From Octopus vulgaris (lineage: Eukaryota): a stretch of DNA of 64,000 nt. Where the stretch lies: the NCBI GenBank assembly GCA_951406725.2, contig OX597817.1:23808001-23872000 (forward strand). The letters are read 5' to 3'. The position numbers were made by a program, and so were the translations under genes. The notes under the pieces were generated by a model, which worked only from the letters and a program-made list of their open reading frames with translations, did no database searches and was not told the origin of the DNA. The first letter of the stretch is position 1. Each line of letters starts with the position of its first letter. Of this stretch, positions 14,202-27,543 are shown one piece after another.

Positions 14202-15600
14202 TTTAGTATAAACCTTTAAAGGGGGCTGGGGAAAGCAAATATATGTTAATATACTCTGGATAATATTTAAGAGGTGTAGAGATATATGATATATAGAAAT
14301 TTACCATCTATGTAAGTATTAATATTAGGGTAGATATATTTATAGTTTATTATTATAGAGGCTAGTAATAAGTAGAAATTATTAATAGTCAAAATATCCA
14401 TCCAACAGATTCAATATATATTCACTTAGATTTATAAGTGTGCAAATCAATAAGTAAAATATCGAAAAGGAATAGAATTATAGATATATGCCTATATATG
14501 TGAAAGTGTACATGTAAATATGAATACGTTAGAATATTTGTATATAGATAGACACATTAATTATTTAATGTTACATACGTGCTTATACATAATCATACCC
14601 ATCAATACTATAATGCAGAAAGTTACTTGTTTATTAGGTATGTAAAAATCACTAAAAGTACTAAAAAAAGTCATTATTAAAGGGTAGACCGTCTGGAAAT
14701 ATTTTAATAAATTCATGTTCTAAAAAATTTCTTATAATTTCGATTTCTCAAGTTTATTGAATTTTTAAACTCCAATTTCTCGCAAATTTAAATATTCATA
14801 GCATTCCCCGCGTCCAATTCTTCCCAAATTCAAATATCCATTGCATTCGCTGCGGAGTATTCCATTTTCCTTTTCAAAGTCTCTCAGTTTATCTTTTTTA
14901 AGTTTCAATTATCTTTTTGGAAAACCAACATTTTATTCTATTAATGTATACGTAATGTAAAAACATTATTTATTGAATGAAAATCTTTTAAAATACCCGT
15001 ATAATTTTTGAATGTTGGATAGCTATAAGAAGAGCTTAGAAACTTGGGTAATTACAATTAGAATACGAGGGAAAAATAGTTACCGACACGTACTCGAACT
15101 TGCACCTTATTTACAATTTCTAAACACTATGTAACACAAAGCCAGTATATTCACAAACAAGTTCCACTAGCGACTTCAACAGTGACGCACAATACGCATT
15201 TGCGCACACACAGAGATACACCTTCACACAAATGAAAGGCAATGAATATGTGTGTATGTGTGTATGTGTGTGTACTGTTCACTGATAAAATCTCGTGTTG
15301 CAACACTTTTACGAAGTTTTATCGATGAACAGGTCACCGTTTCAAAGCGATGAAAATATTTTGACACAAAGGAAATTTTAATGTTGAAGTTAAACTAACG
15401 GCTTTTGGGTGTTCTTGAATGGCTTGCAAACATCTTCAATGCTCCAACTAATTTTGTTTCAGCACGCGATCTTAGATCAAGTTGCTATGCAAGTACATCT
15501 CGTAATTTTTTTTAATGACTAGATAGATGCCTGCAATGATCTTGTCAGGCTCTCTAATACTTTAATTTCAATTTTGGTAGCCCCAATATAATAATATTTA

Positions 15601-15792
15601 GAAAAACGACGGTGGCGTTAAGAGGCATCACTTTGCTTGAGTCCTGGACTGCATCGTACTGTGTAAAACGCGTCTGGAGCGATGCGTTGCTTCACATGGA
15701 GAATACTCTGAAGGCGATAAAAATGTTAACATGTAAATCTGAGTGGATGAAATAATATTCCAAAATTCCGGTTTCTTTTGAGTACGCCCTCG
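15601..15792 (+). mobile_element. Mariner 3' end fragment, same family as 2928-4217
   Basis: GAAGGCGATAAAA...AATAATATTCCAAAATTCCGGTTTCTTTTG...CCCTCG|TA matches the right end of the 2.9-4.2 kb element. Confidence 0.85.
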
Positions 15793-16485
15793 TATATATA
15801 CAAATAGTGTACTGTTCAGCGAGGGTACGATCAGCAAAAAGAGTATTCTATCAATTGAGGAATTAATACTATTTACTAAACTCAGTTTATAATTTAATGG
15901 CGATGAAAACGATTGAGATAGCATTTTATAAAACGTCTGATACCTCCAAGCAATCTCCTGGTTCCGCCTAGTCCTGTTTTAGCTTGTTATGCCACATGGG
16001 AAGAACTTCAGGATTGTGTGAAGACAACAGTATTGTTATGAAAAGTTGTCTGAGTTGTTTTCATTAGATGCAAAGATTAGTAGCTCAAACAAATATGTGT
16101 TTATTAAGTTATATATATATATATAAAGCAAATAAGAAACCAGGATATCAAGGTATTAGCGCATTATGCCTGTTATATATATATGTATATATGTATATAT
16201 ATACAAATTTTTTTAGAATTACATACATAATTATAACAAGGGATCGGCTTTACGCCTCACCTCGCACTGTAGAAATAGACGCCAAAAGCCCATATAACCA
16301 CTTTAAAATCTCCGACAATACATTACATTGTAGGCGAGCAAAAGAAAATTAATGAATCAACAAGATTTAGTTAAATGCGTGCAAGATCTTTCAAGCTTAA
16401 AGATCTTTTAAGCTCTTTCAAGCTTAAAGTAAAAAATATTACTATCTTCAGCGAGAGTATCACATAGCATAAATATACGAGTATC

Positions 16486-17037
16486 TCAAAATATGCATGC
16501 GGGTAGCGACATCGCATAACCAATATCTATCCACACTCGTAGAAATATGCTGCCAAGTAGAATATACTTGTTTTTTGCTGCTATTGTCGTGGCTGCCGAT
16601 TTAATTGACTCTTGTGCATCGAAAGTTTGACAAGTAGTCCGACTCTCTTCTCCACTCCTGCCTTTTGACTTGCGCTTCAAATCGCAGAATACGCAGACCT
16701 GAGAGTAAATTCCGTCAGAAGATGTGGGCACCACTGTTGGTATTTTGAGTTTTCTTGGTAATGGACTAGGGGTCATTTCTAGAGGCTGAACATCATAAGT
16801 GATAGATGTGAAATCTTTATAGCAACCACTGTGGTGTCCGTGTAAATCAGAAAATATTTCTGGTAGCTTTTGGATGATGTCGTAATAAATGGATGTACGC
16901 AATCTTTTTTTTACTTGAGCGTTTTGATGAAGCGTTTTTGATGGATCATTTCTGCTCTGAGAGCGAAAGTAGCGGTCCACTTTCAGCGCTCTCTTTAGAC
17001 TTTCTGCTGTGGATAACACAGTGTAATGAGCGATCAC
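16486..17037 (-). pseudogene. Cys/His-rich ORF fragment, probably the N-terminal part of a large DNA-transposon protein
   Basis: 183-aa non-microsatellite ORF with HSGCYKDFT and CVFC...TCQT...SIKSAA motifs, resembling N-termini of large invertebrate DNA transposases. Family not certain. Confidence 0.45.
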
Positions 17038-18147
17038 TTACAACGGGAGGCTGACTGGCCGAGAGTGCATCCGCAATTTCCAACTGGAAGCCGCCAATAT
17101 TCAATGTTAAATCAGGTGGGATTACGTGGGGATCAGTTTGAGAGGTGACGAGATCGGGGGAATATGAAGGTTGCCCAGGATCGCCAGGTGAGAAATGGTC
17201 CTCCGTGATTATTTATTTTTGATGCCCCCTTACTGAATGTGTTGACTAGCGGAAGACGAATACCAGACGTGATCTGAATGCGAATGAATATGAGTAAAGA
17301 ATGGATAAAACGTTACAAAAACGTGACAAACTCTGTCAAAACACGTTTTGGGTCTAAGGCACGTTTGTATGTTGCATTCATCACGTAGCTTGAAAGCAGT
17401 GTTTCTTTGTATTTCTCTTTAATTAGTGTATAATTATTAGTAGAAAATGCTTCTTAAATTAGAAATCCATACTTAAAATGGTTAAGTGACATAAATAGAT
17501 TCAGTTGGGTTTTGTGAACAATACTGCGAAGTAATTTACGCTGGAGCAGAAAGTCTGATTAATTCTTAATTAAGTGTCTAATTAAAACTTCTTAATTTGT
17601 TTTTCCAACCCGGTTTTCATTTAAGTATGACTTGTGACTAAGGAGTAATATTCAATTTGATTCATTACTGGAGCTTAAAGTCTAATTAAATTACTTATTT
17701 ACGCAAGCTGATATTCTCATAATTAAATAATCCATACCTAAACATACTTAAGAATCACGTTTCGTGGTATTAGGACCATGTGTACACATATTGTGCCTTG
17801 CCAGTATTTTAGGGCTTCAAGTTTAATCAAATCAGGACAGGCTCTCAGTCTACGTTTAATTAAGATTATAGTAATGTCTCCGATTGATTCAAAAGTTCTA
17901 TTTATTTATTTACTTATTCATTTATGCAGCTGAGGACAGCCCTGCATTTAGATTAATGTAATGATTGCATTGTTCAATTGAATGGAGCCGCTTGAAACGG
18001 TCGTATTGGATATCCCATTGCTTATTTTAGTTTTATTAACTTTATTTTGAGTTGTGCGGATAAAACCGTACTAATTTTTAGTGCTTCAACTTAAGTACCA
18101 AATTCGACCGAATCTCAATTATACACACACACACACACATACACACA

Positions 18148-18205
<58 letters not shown>

Positions 18206-18542
18206 CATATGTGAGTGTGTGTGTTTGTGTATCGATATAGGCGTGGTTGGGTGATACGAAGATTGCTTCCCATCCATACTATTCGAGTCTAGCACCACGA
18301 TTCAAGAACTTATATAGACTGGAGTAGATTCCTTCGAAAAGACAACTCCCTAGAAATGCCGAAGTGGAATGACTGAAATGTGTGGAAGATTAAAGATATA
18401 TACAAAGAGAGACAGACAGGCAGACAGACAGAGAGTCATACATATAGACAGAGGCACAGAGAAAAAAACCGATAGATAGATAAATAGATAGATAGATATA
18501 GATATAGATGTATACACATGTATATACATATAGTATAGATAC

Positions 18543-18987
18543 CTTATAAACAAGGGCAAAAGAAAAAAATTATAATGCCAAATATGCCAAATATAGACAA
18601 ATCATCAATAACCATATAATTTATCACTATAAGCACGCGTCTCGAAGTAAGCCGACAGAAATTTCTAAAAAATTCCGTTTTTATCGAATCGGTCCCAATT
18701 TCAGGGTTAATTCATAAGAATTTTCTCCTTGTCAGCGATAAATGCGGTAAGAAATAAATAAAATGCTTACTTATACCCATGGAAGAAGCAAACACTAAGT
18801 CATGAGCACACTTAAGTATCCCAAATATATCCAAAATAGAAATTCTCCAGCACACCTATATGAGAGTTTTCTGTCGGCTTACTTCGAGACGCGTGCTTAT
18901 AGTGATAAATTATATGGTTATTGATGATTTGTCTATTTTCAGCATATTTGACATTATAGTTATTTTTGTTTTGCCCTTGCTTATAAG
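18543..18987. repeat. ~120-bp inverted repeat with ~205-bp spacer (PLE inverted pLTR-like)
   Basis: 18543-18661 is the reverse complement of 18868-18987 with few mismatches. The arms include CTTCGAGACGCGTGC, an HHR 3' half. Confidence 0.85.
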
Positions 18988-19723
18988 TTGTTTATAAATT
19001 TAACCCTTAAAGGTATTTTCTAATATGCTGGCCATTGACAAAATTTTCTTCGAAGAATTTTATCCTATATAGATGTAAATTTCATATAGTATACGTATAT
19101 ATATATATACAAAAATGAATATATTCGTGCTTATATGTATTTTAATATCTATATATGAATAAGTATCATTTACTCCCTCATATACAAGTGTGTGTGCGTG
19201 TGTGTGTGTGTTTGTGTGTGTGTGTCTGTGTGTCTGTGTATGCATGTATATGAGTCAATTTATTTAGTTATTGACATTCTGATCAATTTTGGTCAGAATA
19301 CAAAAATAAAAATGAGCTCACATAAAATTTAAGGGATTACCAACTCTTTCATCAGTAAAATGAAAACGTGGGTTCAGATCAAAACATCTCATAAAAAAAT
19401 TGCACAAAAGATTCAGGTGAAGCATTTTTCCCTAAGTATCAGCATTTTCCCATTTCTTTGGTGTAGCACTTTTGTGTCTTTCTTTTTTTTACCTTTTCAG
19501 TAATAACAATTACTTTCCCGTTTATATTTTCTTATTTTTAGGTAGATGTTTCACGTTTGTCTATTGTTTACTTTTCTCTGAAGAACCGAGTGTTACCAGA
19601 TATTTTTGGAAAAATGTGTTCCCTTCAAGTACACTTAAGTACTAGGATGTAAATGCATATATATAACTGTGTGTGTGGGTGCATCTCTTTCTACGCACAC
19701 ATGCATACATATATATGAATATG

Positions 19724-19773
<50 letters not shown>

Positions 19774-19780
19774 GAGAGAG

Positions 19781-19910
<130 letters not shown>

Positions 19911-20004
19911 TTTGGCATCCTTTCTATTTTACACTATTCCAGTAAGTGGTATGCATTAACTCGATTAATCGGATATAGCATGGGATATATATTTGTGTGT
20001 GTAT

Positions 20005-20047
<43 letters not shown>

Positions 20048-20427
20048 GTGTGTGTGTGTGTGTATACACATACACACATATATTGCGAGATATAACACAC
20101 ACACTGCCACTAACTCATTTTTAGGTGCAAAGAAGAAGGAAAACCACCACAAACTGAAGAACGAATTGAAAGTTGACTAAACTGTATCGTTCTTCTAAAA
20201 GATGGAAAGATATGTATAAACGTACATTTCTGTTTTTTTCTTTTGGGAGGTTATCAACGTTGACAACCTCGAAATAAAGAAACAAATGTACATTTGGATA
20301 TTTTCTTTGCTGTTTTATTTTTTTAAATTTCTGACAGTTGATTGTTCTGTTTTCGCCTCTATAACTGCTACTAGTTATTTTGTCGCACTTTAACATATTT
20401 CTATCTATCTATCTATCTCTCTATCTC

Positions 20428-20493
<66 letters not shown>

Positions 20494-21159
20494 CATCTAT
20501 CTATCTATCTCTCTCTATGTATATATGTACGTATATTGAATTATATCAATGTAAATGTAGGTTATGGACTAATATACAGGTTTCCTGGTTTATAGTGCAT
20601 TCCTTATGTAATTCTGACATATGTATGCGTTTTTGTATGTGTGTGAGTGTGCGCACATGTGTGTGTGCGTGTGTGTGTGTAATCATTCGTATTCCGTGTT
20701 GTATACTTAACTTCTATTGGTTTCTTTAGTTCATTATTAAAAAAAATCTCCTTTTTATTAGGCTTTGCACTCAAGCACATGCAAACAGCTCTTTTACATT
20801 TCTCTCGTTCCCCGCATACACACCTCACTAACTCTTCTCTCTAAGAAACAAACGCTTATTTGTACCATTGTTCTATTGTAATTAGTCTTTCTCCGATTTT
20901 CTCTTATTCTTACCTTTTTTTACTCTCCCCATCCTTCCAGATTTTCACTTACATATATTCCATTACGTCCATTAACCTGAACAAAATACTGTCACGCCAG
21001 ATTCCCGCCTACTTCTACATTTCCACTTCGACGCTTTCCTCAAACTAATGATTGCACACACGAACACCTAACAACTCCATATCGCACCCCATAATATTTT
21101 ATACGCCTCTACAGAAATACATCTACATACACTATTTACTATATTCTTTTCTACTCTAG

Positions 21160-21735
21160 GCACAAAGCTCGAAATTTTATGGGGCAAGGAGCCAGTCGCT
21201 TAGATCGACCCCATTACCCCGAAAGAATAAAAGGCAAAGTCGATTTATGCGGAATTTCAACTCAGAACGTAAAGACAGACGAAATACCGGTAAGCATTTC
21301 GCCCGGTGTTCCAACATTTCATATTTCTTTATCGCCCACAAGGGGCTAAACATAGAGGGGACAAACAAGGACAGACAAAGGGATTAAGTCGATTATATCG
21401 ACCCCAGTGCGTAACTGGTACTTATTTAATCGACCCCGAAAGGATGAAAAGTAAAATCGACCTCGGCGGAATTTGAACTCAAAACATAAAGGCAGACGAA
21501 ATACCAATTTCTTTACTGTCCACAAGGGGCTACACACAGAGGGGACAAACAAGGACAGACAAACGGATTGAGTCGATTATATAGCCCCCAGTGCGTAACT
21601 GGTACTTATTTAATCGACCCCGAAAGGATGAAAGGTAAAGTCGACCTAGGCGGAAGTTGAACTAAGAACGTAGCGGCAGACGAAATACTTATTTCTTTAC
21701 TACCCACAAGGGGCTAAACACAGAGAGGACAAACA
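21160..21735 (-). repeat. Head-to-tail tandem array of family A SINEs
   Basis: ~185-bp units at about 21322-21506 and 21507-21689, a tail-only piece at 21690-21735, and a further diverged copy at 21160-21320. Confidence 0.85.
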
Positions 21736-22169
21736 TATTGTTGAGTTTTTCTAGTTGACTTTTCATTACATTTACTACACACCACACACATACACACATA
21801 CAAAGACACACACAGACGCACACACGCACGCGCACTCACACACGCACACACATATAGGTGAGAGATCCATATATTATGCGATCGTCCGTCATTGAGAAAA
21901 CCAAAGAAGGTCGAAATCACTTGATCTGCTTCGCTCGGCGCTGGAGGTCGCGGGGAATTAACTTCTGGCTATCGATATAACCAAGAGTACGTCTTGCACT
22001 AAAGTGAGTTTCTTCTTACGGTAACTACTGCAGTATACTTTATTCTAACAGAACATCTGTATTTAAGTGTGGATAAATATTACCTTTCAGTATTAGAAGT
22101 GCTCCTGTCGCGAATAAATATAATATATGTATGTTTGTGTCTGTGTGTTTGTACATATATATATATATA

Positions 22170-22553
22170 GGCGCAGGAGTGGATGTGTGGTAAGTAGCTT
22201 GCTAACCAACCACATGGTTCCAGGTTCAGTCCCACTGCGTGGCATCTTGGGCAAGTGTCTTCTGCTATAGCCCCGGGCTGACCAATGCCTTGTGAGTGGA
22301 TTTGGTAGACGGAAACTGAAAGAAGCCTGTCGTATATATGTATATGTGTGTGTGTGTGTGTGTTTGTCCATCTAGCATTGCTTGACAACCGACGCTGGTG
22401 TGTTTACGTCCCCGTCACACTAGCGGTTCGGCAAAAGAGACCGATAGAATAAGTACTGGGCTTACAAAGAATAAGTCCCGGGGTCGATTTTCTCGACTAA
22501 AGGCGGTGCTCCAGGATGGCCGCAGTCAAATGACTGAAACAAGTAAAAGAGAG
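22170..22553 (+). mobile_element. Family B CORE-type SINE, near full length
   Basis: A-box-like TGGATGTGTGG, B-box-like GGTTCAGTCCC, CTTGGGCAAGTGTCTT core, AGTAAAAG tail. Confidence 0.9.
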
Positions 22554-22721
22554 TATATATATATATATACGCATGCACAAACACATGCGCATATATAATA
22601 TGAGCGTAGATATGTTTTTAAATTTTTATAAATATCTGAAGAGACATTAAAGGCCTGGTGGGAAATGCCGTTAGGTGTAATTTGTCCGCATTCCAACACA
22701 ACGTTAATATTCTCTCTTCAG

Positions 22722-22866
22722 ATTTTCGACATTGCCCAAAAGCAAAGCATGCAATTGTCAGTACAGCATGACACCAATGTCACAGCAGAATGCAGGGAAG
22801 GAGATCAGAATGAAGATATCACATCCGACCCAACTAACAATTCGAAGAATCAACCTTCCTGGACTG
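22722..22866 (+). other. Candidate isolated coding exon (145 nt)
   Basis: Polypyrimidine acceptor ttctctcttcag|, donor G|gtactt, non-repetitive open frame IFDIAQKQSMQLSVQHDTNVTAECREGDQNEDITSDPTNNSKNQPSWT. No recognisable homology. Confidence 0.3.
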
Positions 22867-23170
22867 GTACTTTTAAAAACATGTATAAATGGCGAAGGTT
22901 ACTTCGGTTAGTTTCGAACTCAAGGTGCCGGAATAATGTCCAGTATTATTTTAATATAATAAAACACTTCGCTATCTTCCAATGGGATGTGTACGGTTTG
23001 AATATCTTTATTTCCTATGTATGTTGAGTGTGTGTTTGTGTGTGTGTGTATAATATATACATATTCATATATGTATATATATATATATATATACTGTATA
23101 TATTTGTTGGTTTGCATGTATGTATGTATGTATGTATGTATGTATGTATGTATGTATGTATGTATGTATG

Positions 23171-23220
<50 letters not shown>

Positions 23221-24006
23221 AGACATTGCAATGAAAATGGAGATTAGATTAATGCATCTACATGTTGCTATCCATAAAGGTAGAAACTTTAATACAGGAT
23301 AAGAAATATTAGGTGAGGCAGAGCCTTTTGTACTCGGGGTAAAAAGATCCAATTTGTGCATAGAAATATTCTATATTTGCACGTATAAATATCAGTTGCT
23401 CAATAATAAGTAAAAACAACCTGTAGGTCATCTACACCTTTACAGAAGAGCATTCAAATTCTTCCAAATAAAGGATTTTCAATTAAGTTTCAGGTTAAGA
23501 GTAGATGCCTGAATTTACGTAGTAAATGTCAGTGCAGTATCTAGTTTACCTGTGTCAAGTTGTAATTATTATTCTCCATACGTAAAAACTGCATATATAG
23601 AAATACGTATTACACTGCTAGGACGACTACACCTACATGTTAATTAAAATTTCGTTTATATAGAGAAAGATTCGTATTGACCTAAGAAGTTCTACATAAC
23701 TCATATTTCAAAATTATATCTTATTGTACGAAATATCTCGGAAATTTATTAATTGTTAACTCTCTTAATTATAGTCGTAAAAAATATACTCTGACCTGAT
23801 TTAGTATCTAGTATTCATGATTTGAATTTATTAGCTAGGATTATCACAGGGTCAGCGCTCCAACTGTTCCTCTCACATCCTTTGCAGTCAAAAACTATAG
23901 TACCTTACCAAATATAATGATAGTTAAAAGAACATGACTTTAGCTCTCTCTCCATATCACGACAGTGGTTAGTAAGTGGATAAAGATTCATAGATTACTA
24001 ACCAGA

Positions 24007-24135
24007 CGTAGTTCTCGGGGATATTCAGCGTGACACAGAGAGTGACAAAGCCGGACCCTTGAAATACAGGTACAACAGAAACAGGAAGTAAGAGTGAGAG
24101 AAAGTTGTGGTGAAAGAGTACAGCAGGGATCACCA
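24007..24135 (-). mobile_element. Internal fragment of family C SINE
   Basis: Reverse complement of part of 49425-49555. Confidence 0.85.
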
Positions 24136-24179
24136 ACATCCACATGCATTCATTCATACATACATATAAACACACACAT

Positions 24180-24227
<48 letters not shown>

Positions 24228-24554
24228 TAATTGGGTGCAAATGCAATTGAGAGGTACCTAGATAGCGGAAACGTGTGTCCGAGACATTCTGTAACTGTCT
24301 GGGATATACACTGGGCAAACAATATATAATTCTGCAAGCGAACCCAGCATTTACCAATATGATGAAATACATTGGGTCTGATTACCTCGCATTGCTGTTA
24401 GACTTAACTTGTAATAAAACCGATTGCTCAAACGGTACCAACCTAGATACATTATCCCTATCTATTCACTATATGAGAGTGTATGCGTGCGTATAATATT
24501 TATATACATCATACATGCATTCATTCATACATACATACAAACACACACACATTA

Positions 24555-24784
<230 letters not shown>

Positions 24785-24864
24785 ATGCAGAAACAAACGG
24801 AAAACTGACACAGAAGATCACCAACTACTCATCAGTTATAGGCCAGCGTATCAAGCGGAATGTC

Positions 24865-25018
24865 TTGTTTCTCTCCTTTTTTTTCTGTGTCCGTTTCTGT
24901 TGAAGAGCGTAGGCTCGAAACGTAACAATATTTTTCAATTCCTGAGCGTTATACTAATACAGCTGTTTGTTTTCTACACCACCTGTATCCGTCTTTTTGT
25001 TTTTCGTGAAATCTCCCT
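24865..25018 (+). mobile_element. Short HHR-bearing element, copy 2
   Basis: CTGTTGAAGAGCGTAGGCTCGAAACGTA at about 24897-24924. Shared TCCTGAGCGTTATACTAATACA...CACCTG block. Ends at (TA)n. Confidence 0.75.
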
Positions 25019-25047
25019 ATATATATATATATATATGTATATATATG

Positions 25048-25080
<33 letters not shown>

Positions 25081-25103
25081 TTGTATATTTATATATATAT
25101 ATA

Positions 25104-25391
25104 CTCTTTTACTCTTTTACTTCTTTCAATCATTTGACTGTAGCCATGCTGGAGCACCGCCTTTAGTCGATCAAATCGACCTCAGGACTTATACTTTGTA
25201 AGCCTAGTACTTATTCTATCGGTCTCTTTTGCCGAACCGCTAAATTACGGGTACTTAAACACACCAGCATCGGTTGTCAAGCGATGTTGGTGGGACAGAC
25301 AGAGACACACAAACATATGCACACACCGTCGTATATATATATATACTTCTGGATTCTTTCAGTTTCCGTCTAACAAATCCATTCACAAGGC
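25104..25391 (-). mobile_element. Family B SINE, 5'-truncated
   Basis: Reverse complement of the 22290-22553 region. Confidence 0.85.
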
Positions 25392-25442
<51 letters not shown>

Positions 25443-25600
25443 TATATTATATATATATATATAAATATATATATGTATATATATGCATACATTGGAATAC
25501 AAGTATGTATATACATCACACACACACACACTCACAGTATATATATATATATATATATATACATATACACACAAATATATAGATATACATATATACATGC

Positions 25601-25649
<49 letters not shown>

Positions 25650-25860
25650 ACTATTTGTGAATGTACGTGTACGTATTGATATCTAAATTCTACCTTTACG
25701 GTACTTTAATTTACGGGAAAGTAATACATTTGTATTGCAATATTTTATTTTATTTTTCATTGAAAACCTTTTCACTGTTCTTCGGGCTGTTAACGGCTAA
25801 GCGTTCAGGCGGGTATACTGACATTGATGTAGCAATATTTGAAATATTGTCCAGGTAAAT

Positions 25861-25919
25861 CCAGCTAATGAAGACTAATCAAATTTACGTTGACAAAGAG
25901 TCCGAAACCTAGGCACTGG
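25861..25919 (+). ncRNA. Degenerate hammerhead-like motif
   Basis: ccag-CTAATGA-A-GACT...AGTC-C-GAAA-CCTAGG-CA-ctgg. Stems I and II and the palindromic stem III are present; two core positions are mutated. Confidence 0.5.
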
Positions 25920-26098
25920 TTTATCCGATTCTTGGCTGTCCATTTATCTAATGTCCTTCCTAGAGGCAAGACAAAATTTTTCATGTTTGCTGCCCTAATA
26001 CGTCTTTGTTAGTATATACACATTGAAGCTTTTCTATAGTGTCGTAAATGTATCGACTGCTATTTCCAGTAAATATTGATGCTTTCTTGTACCACTAC

Positions 26099-26199
<101 letters not shown>

Positions 26200-26412
26200 G
26201 TATATATACATATGCATTCTTTCATTTGACCATTTTTTATACCTTATATATTTTCTCAATATATATGTATTTACTTTATTTCATTACCCATATAAAATCA
26301 ATAAAAGACGTACTGTATTTAGCAAATTGGGTAAATTTCTTAGATATAAATGATTCATATTTGAAACTGATGTTTTATTGCTTCCTTTTCGCTTTATACT
26401 GATATATATATA

Positions 26413-26443
<31 letters not shown>

Positions 26444-26724
26444 ATGTATGTATATACATAATCTAAAATAATTCGTATAAATACGGTTTCACCTTTCGAC
26501 CTATGAAGAGGTAGTAAAAACAGTAAATACTAAAGTCGATCGAAAAATAGGTAAAGTACATTATTGAATAATGGGCGGGTTCATAATTTGGCAATCAAAT
26601 TCTTCTCACTCCCTCTCGCTCTCTCTCTCTCTCTCTCTCTTTGTACTCATTCACACGTACAAAAATATACAAACATATACATGCATGTATGCACAAGCAT
26701 ATCTATATACAGGAATACATATAA

Positions 26725-26757
<33 letters not shown>

Positions 26758-27103
26758 GATATGGATATCCATGGTACATATATATAAACCAGCTAGGCTA
26801 GAAAGAAGTCTTAACTCTGCAAAGCGGCATAGTTCTCACTATAACCAGGCACGGTTAATAAAGCGAATATAAGACTTTGCAAGAGTTCAAGGAAAAGTAC
26901 AGTCATCCCAATATCAATTGATTTCACCTCTAGTGGCAAATACTTATGATAATAAACTGACGTTACTGCATATAACTATTTTTTCAAAATATATATACGA
27001 TACCGTGCACGTGTGTTTGTTTGAATGCCCCCGCGACAAACAAAACCGAGTGAATAAAATTTTAGAAAATAAGATATAATTAATAATAATAATAACAATA
27101 ATG

Positions 27104-27160
<57 letters not shown>

Positions 27161-27225
27161 GTAATAATAATAATAATAACAATAACAATAACAATAATAA
27201 TAATAATAATAAATAATAATAATAA

Positions 27226-27287
<62 letters not shown>

Positions 27288-27296
<9 letters not shown>

Positions 27297-27512
27297 GTGG
27301 TCAGCAAAATTAACCCTAATAGGTAAATATACATAAAAATTTAGGGCATAAGAAATATATACCAGCTATACTAGTAGGAAGAGTCAACTCTCCAAAGCAG
27401 AGAGTTGACTCTTCTTTCTAGTATAGCTGGTGCATGTTTTTATACCCTAAGTTTTTACGTATACCCTAAGTTTTTACCTATATTGGTTAAGCTTACTAGC
27501 CACTTTATTATT
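27288..27512. repeat. ~225-bp imperfect palindrome (foldback) next to (AAT)n
   Basis: Perfect inner 15-bp stem GAAGAGTCAACTCTC/GAGAGTTGACTCTTC around a 7-nt loop (27393-27399). Pairing extends imperfectly out to AATAATAAAGTGG/CCACTTTATTATT. Confidence 0.9.
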
Positions 27513-27543
27513 GTTAATTTTAATATTTCAACATCTTATTATA

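Larger units (their letters stand above)
13670..15080 (-). mobile_element. Penelope-like element 3' remnant (GIY-YIG C-terminus plus pLTR with HHR), interrupted by a Helitron
   Basis: Minus strand reads IRNFLEHEFIKIFPDGLPFNN (cf. R...E...I....P.GLN) at about 14.7 kb, with an HHR motif downstream at 13744-13822. Confidence 0.5.

Noticed and set aside
15275-15370. Hairpin plus HHR-like GAAAATATTT motif
   Set aside because: The 5' core (ATGAACA) is too far from CTGANGA in this copy to call.
23420-24450. Several minus-strand AG...GT exon-like segments
   Set aside because: They need a 54-nt intron or contain stops, and they give no coherent or recognisable peptide.
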